From the NCBI GenBank assembly GCA_041554135.1, contig JBFFML010000003.1, positions 2,858 to 66,857 on the forward strand: DNA of 64,000 nt. The letters are read 5' to 3'. The notes beneath the pieces were generated by a model that saw only the letters and a program-made list of their open reading frames with translations, did no database searches and was not told where the DNA came from. Below are positions 37,198 to 50,607 of the stretch, in pieces (within the stretch, counting starts at the first letter, position 1; each line of letters opens with the position of its first letter). Position numbers and translations under genes: made by a program. This DNA is from Thermoplasmata archaeon (GTDB taxonomy: Archaea; Thermoplasmatota; Thermoplasmata; UBA10834).

Positions 37198-38625
37198 ATG
37201 GCAAAGAAATCCAAATCCGTCAAGAGGAAGCCCGAAGGGAAGGCTTCCGCGAAGGGCGCCACGAAGGCGAAGGGCAAGGGACCGAAGAAAGTGTCGGTTG
37301 AGGATCTTTTGAAGAAGGCGTATGAGCCAGCCAGGCTGGCGATGGCGTATCACCCCTTCTACGAGGGGAAGATAGAGATCGTACCGAAGTGCGTTGTCCG
37401 CGACTTCAACGACTTCGCGATCTGGTACACGCCAGGCGTGGCGGAGCCGTGCAAGGCGATCAACAAGGACAAGGAACTGTCGTACATCCACACGAACAGA
37501 TGGAACACCGTCGGCGTGATATCGGACGGCACGAGGGTGCTGGGCCTCGGGGACATCGGTCCCGAGGCGGGCCTGCCAGTGATGGAGGGCAAGTCGCTCC
37601 TGTTCAAGTACCTAGGGGGCGTGGACGCGTTCCCTCTCTGCCTTGGCACGAAGGACCCGGACGAGATCATCAGGACGGTCAAGTACCTCCAGCCGTCGCT
37701 CGGAGGGATAAACCTCGAGGACATCTCACAGCCCAAGTGCTTCTACATACTCGAGCGGCTGAGGGAGGAATGCGAGATACCCGTCTGGCACGACGACCAA
37801 CAGGGCACGGGCACGATCGTCGCCGCGGGGGCGATAAACGCGGCGAAGATCGTGGGCAAGAAGCCATCGGAGATGAAGGCCGTGTTCATCGGCGCCGGAG
37901 CGGCGAACATCGCGATATCGAGGATCATGCAGATATCAGGTTACAGCTGGAAGAACATGGTCATGTGCGACTCCAAGGGTGCGCTTCACCCTGGTAGGAA
38001 GGACGTGAAGGAGCATTTCAAGGAGAAGTGGTTCATGTGCACGCACTCCAACGCCGAGTGCGTCGAGGGCGCCGACAAGGACGCCATGAAAGGCGCGGAC
38101 ATCGTGGTCGCGGCGTCGAAGCCTGGCCCGGGAACGATCAAGCCGGAGTGGATACGCGGCATGGCCGACGACGCCATCGTGTTCGCCACGGCGAACCCCA
38201 TCCCTGAGATATGGCCTTGGGAGGCCAAGGAGGCCGGGGCCAGGATCATCGCCACTGGGAGGTCCGACTTCCCCAACCAGGTGAACAACTCGCTCGGGTT
38301 CCCCGGTATATTCCGCGGGACGCTGGACGTCAAGGCGCGGACGATATCCGACACGATGTGCCTCGCCGCCGTTCTCGAGCTGGCGAAGACGGCGGAGGAC
38401 AACGGCCTGCGGGAGGACTACATCGTCCCGACGATGGACGAGTGGGAGGTCTTCCCGAGGGAGGCTGCCGCGGTGGGCATGGCCGCGATAAAGGAAGGCC
38501 TCGCCCGTGAGAAGCACACCCGTAAGGAGCTCTATGCGAAGGCCGAGGCGATAATCGGCCGCGCCAGGAACGAGACGAAGTACCTGATGAAGGGGAAGTA
38601 CATCCTTCCGCCGCCCAAGGTGTGA
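37198..38625 (+). CDS. NAD(P)-dependent malic enzyme
   Basis: YTPGVAEPC, SDGTRVLGLGDIG, HDDQQGTG, GAGAA, ATGRSDFPNQVNN. Confidence 0.93.
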   Translation: MAKKSKSVKRKPEGKASAKGATKAKGKGPKKVSVEDLLKKAYEPARLAMAYHPFYEGKIEIVPKCVVRDFNDFAIWYTPGVAEPCKAINKDKELSYIHTNRWNTVGVISDGTRVLGLGDIGPEAGLPVMEGKSLLFKYLGGVDAFPLCLGTKDPDEIIRTVKYLQPSLGGINLEDISQPKCFYILERLREECEIPVWHDDQQGTGTIVAAGAINAAKIVGKKPSEMKAVFIGAGAANIAISRIMQISGYSWKNMVMCDSKGALHPGRKDVKEHFKEKWFMCTHSNAECVEGADKDAMKGADIVVAASKPGPGTIKPEWIRGMADDAIVFATANPIPEIWPWEAKEAGARIIATGRSDFPNQVNNSLGFPGIFRGTLDVKARTISDTMCLAAVLELAKTAEDNGLREDYIVPTMDEWEVFPREAAAVGMAAIKEGLAREKHTRKELYAKAEAIIGRARNETKYLMKGKYILPPPKV

Positions 38626-38728
38626 CCGACGGGCTGACGCGAAACGCTTTCTCTGAAACCCTTTCACAAACACATTCTCATTGCCGCGGCCATGCCGCGG
38701 TCGACGTCTTCTGCCGCGCGCGCACTGT

Positions 38729-38995
38729 TCAGAGCAGCCCCATCTCGATCATCTCTACGCTCTGGACACCGTCGACTCCTGACAGGGCCGCCTCGACGGC
38801 GTCTGCTCCGCCCTTCTTGTCGTCCATTACGACGAGGACGTGCAATGCGTTCAGGCCGAACGCCACGGGTTTCTTCTCCGAGGCCTTGATCGCCGCCCCT
38901 TCTGGCAGGGCGTCTCTCAGGCTCTCCATCAAGGCGTCGAGGTCGACCTCGAGCCCGTCCGGGAGCACACGGTATTGAAGTGCGACCTCTCCCAT
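38729..38995 (-). CDS. ef1b: Elongation factor 1-beta
   Basis: RVLPDG...KPVAFGLNAL...GVQSVE. Confidence 0.92.
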   Translation of the reverse strand: MGEVALQYRVLPDGLEVDLDALMESLRDALPEGAAIKASEKKPVAFGLNALHVLVVMDDKKGGADAVEAALSGVDGVQSVEMIEMGLL

Positions 38996-39005
38996 GCAAA
39001 ACACC

Positions 39006-39176
39006 TCACGGGCCGGTGAATCCGCACTCTGGACAACGGTATTTCACGCTCTGGTCCCTGCATCTCGTGCATCTGCCGATCGTGGCTCTGCCACAGCTCG
39101 GACAGGGGAAGGTGGTCTCGGATGCTATCACGAGGCGCACCCCGCAAGATGAACAAGCCCTTTCCTGGCTACTCAA
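39006..39176 (-). CDS. Small Zn-ribbon protein (HVO_2753/DUF1610 family)
   Basis: CSSCG...FPCPSCG...RCTRCR...YRCPECGFTGP upstream of EF-1beta; TTG start. Confidence 0.88.
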   Translation of the reverse strand: MSSQERACSSCGVRLVIASETTFPCPSCGRATIGRCTRCRDQSVKYRCPECGFTGP

Positions 39177-39629
39177 GCTCTTCGACCTCGAAGCTGAGGA
39201 ATATGCTATCTGTATATAACATCTGCTGATTGCCCGCGAAGAGGGTCTTCCGACGTTCGGGAGCACGTGGGGCACTGAAAGTTGTCCGAACGAATGGCGG
39301 ACGGTAGCGTCGCCCGCACTTGTGTGTGCCGCGATGCGAGGTCCGCGCTCTCCCGGGGGATCGAGCTCCGGGCGACACGTCCAGCATCTTGTGCGGTCCG
39401 CTGTTGAATGAGTACTGACAAGCCCCCGCACGGCAAGCCGTCGCAAGCGTAAGGTTGATATCCTTTATGGAGAAACACGCCTTTTATAAGCTTTCAATAA
39501 TTATACGAACGGAGATTTAAATCCGACAATCGTAGTCGTCGGCCCGAGACCCCGAAATCGTAGGATGTATTAAATATCAGAATGGACTACACGCCCTGCT
39601 GAAGCAGCCTCGGGTATCTCGCCGCCCAC

Positions 39630-39773
39630 GGGCCCGTAGCTCAGCTAGGTAGGAATCTCATGCATTCTCCGTGTATAAGACTCCCTAGAAAGAGCATCTG
39701 CCTTTTAAGCAGGTGGCCCGGGGTTCGAATGACTATGCCTTACAGACTAGTCTCGGAAATCCCCGCGGGCCCG
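39630..39773 (+). tRNA. tRNA-Lys(UUU) with two non-canonical introns (39651-39690 in D-loop; 39730-39759 in T-loop)
   Basis: Spliced product GGGCCCGTAGCTCAGCTAGGT|AGAGCATCTGCCTTTTAAGCAGGTGGCCCGGGGTTCGAA|TCCCCGCGGGCCCG is a clean cloverleaf; both junctions form bulge-helix-bulge-type motifs. Confidence 0.9.
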
Positions 39774-39862
39774 CTCGGCGGCGGCCCCAGCGTTCCTGAG
39801 TCTGGAGCGAATTTGACAGATCCTCGAGTGGCTGGTCCTGCGTCTACGGGGTGAGTATCAGA

Positions 39863-40120
39863 ATGACCGAAGAGTTCAACGTTCTGGAGCATGAGCTCGT
39901 TCCTGAGCATCATCTGCTGACGGATAAGGAGGTCGACAAGGTTTTGGGAGACATCGGACTGACGAAGGACCAGCTCCCCCGGATCAGATTGTCCGACCCG
40001 TGCATACGGGCTCTGGACGCCGTAAGCGGCCCTGTCGAGGAAGGAATGATCATCAAGATCGTAAGGCGCAGCGAGACAAGCGGTATGTCCGTGTGCTATA
40101 GACTCGTCGTGCGAGGGTAG
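39863..40120 (+). CDS. rpoH: RNA polymerase subunit H (Rpo5)
   Basis: [22 protein letters not shown]. Confidence 0.95.
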   Translation: MTEEFNVLEHELVPEHHLLTDKEVDKVLGDIGLTKDQLPRIRLSDPCIRALDAVSGPVEEGMIIKIVRRSETSGMSVCYRLVVRG

Positions 40121-40124
40121 AATC

Positions 40125-43100
40125 ATGAGAGAGCTTGTCGAGACTTACTTCAGGGAGCGGAGCATAGTCAACCACCACATCGCGTCGTACAACGACTTCC
40201 TCCCAACGCTTGATCATCCCAACAGCAGGATGCAGAAGATCGTGGACAACGTCAGGGCGTCCCCTGACGAGGCCTATCGCGGCGTGATACGTCTGGACCC
40301 CGACAGGACCGAGGGCAAGATGATAGAGATACGCCTCGGGAGGAAGAGGGACGAGAAGACCGGCCAGATCGACGCCAACGCGAGGCCGACCATCTCCGTC
40401 GGCCGGCCCATCATCAAGGAGGCCAACGGCGCGACGCACTCGCTCTTCCCAATGGAGGCGAGGCTGAGGAACCTCAACTACTCCGCGCCCATCTCCCTCG
40501 AGTTCACCGTGCTGGAGGACGGCATCGAGCGCGAGCCCGAGAAAGTGCACATCGGGGACCTGCCGGTGATGGTCAAGTCGAAGAAGTGCAACCTCCACAA
40601 GGACAACATCGACATCGACCGCGAGCCGACTGACGCGGAGATGGAAAAGTTCCTCGCATCGATGGGCGAGGACCTGTGCGACCCAGGCGGGTATTTCGTC
40701 ATAGGCGGGACGGAGCGCGCCCTGATATCGCTCGAGGACCTGGCTCCCAACAGGGTGATGGTCGAACTCAACGAGAGGTACGGCACGAGCCTCCATGTCG
40801 CGAAGGTGTTCTCCCAGAGGGAGGGCTACCGCGCGCTCACGCTGATGGAGAAGAAGAAGGACGGCGTCCTCGTCGTGTCCGTGCCCGCGGCGTCCGGACA
40901 GATACCTCTGATGGTGCTGATGAAGGCGCTCGGCATGGAGAGCGACGAGGAGATCTACAAGTCGATAGTCTCCGACCCTCAGATGGCGAACATCGTGTAC
41001 GCCAACATCGAGGAGTGCCAGAACAAGAAGCTGTATCCGCCGAACGGCATATTCACGACAGAGGACGCGATACTCTACCTCGAGCGCAAGTTCGCCACGG
41101 GCCAGGCGAAGGAGTACAGGGCGAAGAAGGTCGAGAGCATAATCGACAGATCGCTTCTGCCTCACCTAGGCGACACGTCCGACGTGCGTCTGAAGAAGTC
41201 GATATTCCTTGGCAGGGTCGCGAGGACGATCCTGGAGATGGAGCTCGGCAAGAGGAAGGAGGACGACAAGGACCATTACGCCAACAAGCGTCTGAAGCTC
41301 GCGGGGGACCTGATGGAGGACCTGTTCCGCGTCGCGCTCACGAACCTCATTAAGGATCTCAAGTACCAACTCGAGAGGGGCTACACACGGAAGAAGGGCC
41401 TGAGGATATCGTCGGCAATCAGGCCGGACCTGCTGACGCACAGGCTGCTCCACGCGTTCGCCACCGGCAACTGGGTCGGAGGAAGGGCGGGTGTGTCACA
41501 GCTTCTCGACAGGACATCGAACATGAGCGCCCTGTCGCACCTGAGACGCGTGACGTCGCCGCTGACGCGGAGCCAGCCGCACTTCGAGGCGAGGGACCTG
41601 CATCCCACCCAGTGGGGGAGGCTCTGTCCCAACGAGACGCCGGAAGGTCAGAACTGTGGCCTGGTGAAGAACTGCGCCCTCATTGTGGACGTGTCGGAGG
41701 GGACCGACGAGAAGGAGATCATCTGGCTCCTGCGGGACCTCGGCGTCAGGGAGGTCAGCGAACATCAGACCACGGAGACGAGGGTATACACGAACGGGGA
41801 CCTGATCGGCCTGCACGACAAGCCGCGCGAACTCGTGGAGGAGATACGCCAGAGGCGCCGGTCGGGCCTGCTATCGTCGGAAGTCAACATACGGTTCGAC
41901 CTCAACATGAACGAGATCATAATCAACTGCGACGAGGGGAGGCTGAGGCGGCCGCTGCTCGTCGTGAGGAACGGCAAGACGCTGCTCACCCGGAGGCATC
42001 TCGAGGACATGCACTCGGCGAAGGCCAGATGGTCGGAGCTGATACGGGAGGGCGTCGTCGAGTGGGTGGATGCTGAGGAGGAGGAGGATTCCTACATCGC
42101 GGTGTCCGCGTTCGAGACTCCCGAGAGCTGCGAGCACTGCGGCAAGATACTGTCCGAGATCGACGTCGACTGGCGGAACCCCGGCGAGGGCGGGAAGGTC
42201 GTGCTCGAGTGCAAGTCGTGCGGCGGCACGAGCCAGGTCGATTCGCTCCTGACGGAGGACCACACGCATCTGGAGATAGACTCCATGGTCATACTTGGCG
42301 TCTGCTCCGCGGTGGTCCCGTATCCGGAGCATAATTCGAGCCCGAGGGTCACGATGGGCTCGGGCATGGCCAAGCAGTCGCTCGGCCTCAGCTCGTCCAA
42401 CTTCAGGATCCGGCCGGACACGAGGAGCCACATACTCCACTATCCGCAGAAGCCGCTCGTGACGACGAAGCCCATGGAGTTCGTCAGCTTCGACAAGAGG
42501 CCCGCGGGTCAGAACTTCGTCGTGGCGATACTCTCGTACCAGGGGTACAACATGGAGGACGCGGTCATCATGAACAAATCGTCGGTCGAGCGCGCGCTCG
42601 GCAGGTCGACGTTCATGAGGACTTACAGGGCGGAGGAGCGCAGATACCCAGGAGGGCAGGAGGACCATTTCGAGATCCCGAGCCCGGATGTCAGGGGCGC
42701 CCGCGCGGACCTCTCGTACAGCAACCTGGGCGAGGACGGCCTGATCAGTCCCGAGACCCTGGTCGAGGGCGGCGACGTGCTCATAGGCAAGACATCGCCT
42801 CCGAGGTTCCTGGAGGAGGAGGCCGACTTCCTCACGCCTCAGAAGAGGCGGGAGACGTCGGTCACCGTCCGTCCAGGGGAGAAGGGCTGGGTCGACAGCG
42901 TGATGCTCACGGAGTCCGAGAACGGCTCACGCCTCGTGAAGGTCAAGGTCAGGGACGAGCGGACGCCGGAGCTGGGCGACAAGTTCGCGTCGAGGCACGG
43001 GCAGAAGGGCGTCGTCGGACTGCTGGTCGACCAGCATGACATGCCGTTCACTGAGGACGGCGTCGTGCCGGACCTGCTGATCAACCCGCACGCCGTGCCG

Positions 43101-43711
43101 TCGAGGATGACCGTCGCGCACGTGCTCGAGATGATCGGCGGCAAGGTCGGCTCGATGGAGGGGCGCGTGATCGACGGCACATCCTTCAGCGGGGAGCGCG
43201 AGGAGGCCCTCAGGGACGCCCTCGTCAAGAACGGGTTCAAGCACAACGGCAAGGAGGTCCTGTACGACGGCATAACCGGCAGGATGATCGAGGCCGAGGT
43301 GTTCATCGGCGTGATATACTACCAGAAGCTGCACCACATGGTCTCTGGGAAGCTGCACGTGAGGAGCCGAGGCCCCGTGCAGATACTCACGAGGCAGCCG
43401 ACGGAGGGTCGCTCGAGGCAGGGCGGCCTGAGGTTCGGCGAGATGGAGAGGGACTGCCTGATAGGCCACGGGGCGGCGATGGTCATACGCGACAGGCTCC
43501 TGGACGAGTCCGACGGGACGCTGCAGTACGTCTGCGGCAACCCGAGCTGCGGGCACATAGCGATCCTGGACAGACGAGGGTCGTTCAGGTGTCCCGTCTG
43601 CGGCAACAACTCGAAGATATACCAGGTGCAGACGTCGTACGCGTTCAAGCTCCTGCTGGACGAGCTCCTGTCGCTTGGGGTCGTCATGCGCCTTCAACTG
43701 GAGGACCTGAA

Positions 43712-43715
<4 letters not shown>
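40125..43715 (+). CDS. rpoB: RNA polymerase subunit B (Rpo2), unsplit
   Basis: [47 protein letters not shown]. Confidence 0.97.
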
Positions 43716-48223
<4,508 letters not shown>

Positions 48224-48234
48224 TGAGTGGTCGT

Positions 48235-48660
48235 ATGGGCGACATCACCTTTACGGGGGACACACTCCGGTACATATCTCTCTTCGAGAAGCTCACGAAC
48301 ACGCAGGTGAAGGACTGCCTCGAGACGGAGGAGAAACTCGTCTTCGTCGTCGAGAAGGGCCAGGGCAGCAGGGCCGTTGGCAAGAAGGGCGAGAACGTCA
48401 TCCGCCTGAAGAACCTCACCGGGAAGAACATACATGTCATAGAGTACTCTGACGACCCTGAGACGTTCATACGTAACGTGTTCCACACGTACAGCGTCCA
48501 GTCCGTGTCGTTGGAGAACCGGGGCAGCATCATCCACGCCACGGTGACCGTCGACCCCAAGATGAAGGGGAAGGCGATAGGCAAGAACGGCAAGAACCTG
48601 AGGATAGCGCGCGAGGTCGTCAGCAGGCATCACAACGTGCAGAGCATCAGCGTCGCTTGA
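48235..48660 (+). CDS. nusA: Archaeal NusA (KH domains)
   Basis: AVGKKGENV, KGKAIGKNGKN; alternative start at 48223. Confidence 0.93.
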   Translation: MGDITFTGDTLRYISLFEKLTNTQVKDCLETEEKLVFVVEKGQGSRAVGKKGENVIRLKNLTGKNIHVIEYSDDPETFIRNVFHTYSVQSVSLENRGSIIHATVTVDPKMKGKAIGKNGKNLRIAREVVSRHHNVQSISVA

Positions 48661-49726
48661 GCGGCATCCTCTCTACCTCGAGCCGGTCCGCGGTCGGATA
48701 TTCCTCCACTATGTAACACTCAGCGTCGAGCTCGTCCGCGACCTCGGCGAGCACCCAGGCCGCCACCTCCAGCCGGTCCTTCTCGCGGTCCCTCCACAGG
48801 AGCTCGCGGGGCACTCCGTGCCCGACGATCAGCGCGTCCGCGACGCCGTCGGGGTCGGCCGTCTCGACGACGCCCTTGAGCAGGAGTCCCTCCTCCGTCA
48901 GCAGCTCGTGCGGTCTGCGCACGTTCCTGCCCCTTCGGGTGATCCTCCTCCTCAGCTGGACGCCGTCCTTGAAGGCGGCGGAGCAGTAGTGAAGCGGTAC
49001 GGAGCGGTGCGAGCCGAGGATGTCGAGGGCCAGCGACTCGCTGCCGAGGACGCCCGACGACACGTCGTCCCTGACGGTCATGCCGCGGGCGTTCAGGGCG
49101 TCGCAGTTCTCCTCGGAGAACTCCAGCTCGTTCAGGTTTACGAAGTCGAGCTCCTCCGATTCGGCGAAGCCAATCAGCCTGGTCGTGTCATCCCGCCGCC
49201 CGGGTATCGCGGGCACCTCCAGACCGACGGCCATGCCCCGCGCCCTGGCGGTCCTGACAGCCCCCTCGTATTGCGACCCGGCAAGCCGTCTCCACATGTT
49301 CGTCGGGGGGTGGAACCTGATCTCGTCCAGCCCCGCCTCCGCCACGGCTCGGATCTTCCGCGCGTCTGTCGTGGATGTGTAGAGGTGTATGTGGTGGTCG
49401 TCGCCGAACGACCGCTTCAGCGCGCGGATGGAGTCGGTCGTGCGCCTCAGCGCCGCCATGGGATCGCCTCCGGTGATGCCTGTCCCGAGCGCAGCCATCA
49501 GCCCGGCCTCCTCGACGGCCTCGGCGACGCGCTCTATGCGCGCCTCGTTCGCGAAGAAGACGTCCTTGCCTCGCTTGGCGCTGGACAATGGACAGTAGTA
49601 GCATCTCCGGCCGCACTTGCCGGTGACGAGGAGGACCAGTTTGGCGCCCTTCTCGCACAGCCTGCACCCTTCCGCCAAGGGTCCTCTGCGCGCGGACCCC
49701 TTCAGCATGCGCGCGGTCCTGGTCAC
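48647..49726 (-). CDS. Radical SAM protein (COG2108-like)
   Basis: CGRRCYYC; GITGGDP; HIHLYT; LDEIRFHP; FVNLNELE. Confidence 0.87.
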   Translation of the reverse strand: MTRTARMLKGSARRGPLAEGCRLCEKGAKLVLLVTGKCGRRCYYCPLSSAKRGKDVFFANEARIERVAEAVEEAGLMAALGTGITGGDPMAALRRTTDSIRALKRSFGDDHHIHLYTSTTDARKIRAVAEAGLDEIRFHPPTNMWRRLAGSQYEGAVRTARARGMAVGLEVPAIPGRRDDTTRLIGFAESEELDFVNLNELEFSEENCDALNARGMTVRDDVSSGVLGSESLALDILGSHRSVPLHYCSAAFKDGVQLRRRITRRGRNVRRPHELLTEEGLLLKGVVETADPDGVADALIVGHGVPRELLWRDREKDRLEVAAWVLAEVADELDAECYIVEEYPTADRLEVERMPLKRR

Positions 49727-49815
49727 GAGGCTACCATATCATGGTGTTCGTAATAAACAGTCGGCTCGGGCGCGGCCCAAAAAGACTAAGAGCAGGCCGG
49801 TTGATGCGTCGATAC

Positions 49816-50457
49816 ATGGAGAAGAAGACGAGGGTGATACTCGCCCTGGATGTCACCTCGCGGGACGAGGCGCTGCGCATCGTTGACGTCTGTGGCGACC
49901 ACATAGACGCGGTTAAGACCAACTGGCCTCTGACATTGGCGGCCGGCCCTGAGATAATCACCGACATATCTCATATGAAGCCGGTCATCTGCGACATGAA
50001 GATCGCCGACATACCGAGCGTCAACAGCCTGATCGTCGAGCAGGCCTTCGCCCGAGGCGCGAGCGCCGTGATATGCCACGGCTTCCCGGGGGAGGACTCC
50101 GTCAGGGCATGCGTCGACACCGCCAAGGGACAGGCGTTCGTCGTGGCCGAGATGAGCCATCCCGGCGGGAAGGAGTTCACTGCCCCAGCGGCGGACAGGA
50201 TCGCGGGGATCGCGAAGGCCGCGGGCGCGAGAGGGATAGTCGCCCCGGCCACGAGGCCGGACAGGGTCGCCGCGCTGAGGAGGATAATCGGCGACCTGGA
50301 GATAATCAGCCCGGGAGTGGGCGCTCAGGGGGGGAAGGCCTCCGACGCCCTGAGAGCGGGGGCCGACTACATCATAGTCGGCCGCTCGATATACAACTCG
50401 CCCGACCCGCGCGAGGCCGCCCGCAGGATGGCCGAAGAGGCTGTTTCGGCCCTCTGA
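49816..50457 (+). CDS. pyrF: Orotidine-5'-phosphate decarboxylase
   Basis: DMKIADIP, PATRP, SPGVGAQGG, IIVGRSIY. Confidence 0.95.
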   Translation: MEKKTRVILALDVTSRDEALRIVDVCGDHIDAVKTNWPLTLAAGPEIITDISHMKPVICDMKIADIPSVNSLIVEQAFARGASAVICHGFPGEDSVRACVDTAKGQAFVVAEMSHPGGKEFTAPAADRIAGIAKAAGARGIVAPATRPDRVAALRRIIGDLEIISPGVGAQGGKASDALRAGADYIIVGRSIYNSPDPREAARRMAEEAVSAL

Positions 50458-50607
50458 GCCCCTGAGCCGTGCCGGCGCACGCACATCGGGAGTTTAGCGA
50501 CATGCCAGACGTCGTCGTATCGCCCGTCGCGCGGCCGCGTTCCGCCCGATAACGTATATATAGCCCTCCCGGTATCGGAGGGCTACTATCTCTAGGTGGA
50601 AGTATCG

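Noticed and set aside
39229..39460. RNase P or SRP RNA
   Set aside because: No GAGGAAAGUCC or SRP helix-8 motif on either strand; kept only as an unknown ncRNA candidate.
3463..39533. GACAATCGT recurring in three intergenic spots (~3463, ~29839, ~39525)
   Set aside because: A 9-mer chosen after the fact, with inconsistent position relative to promoters; chance is plausible.
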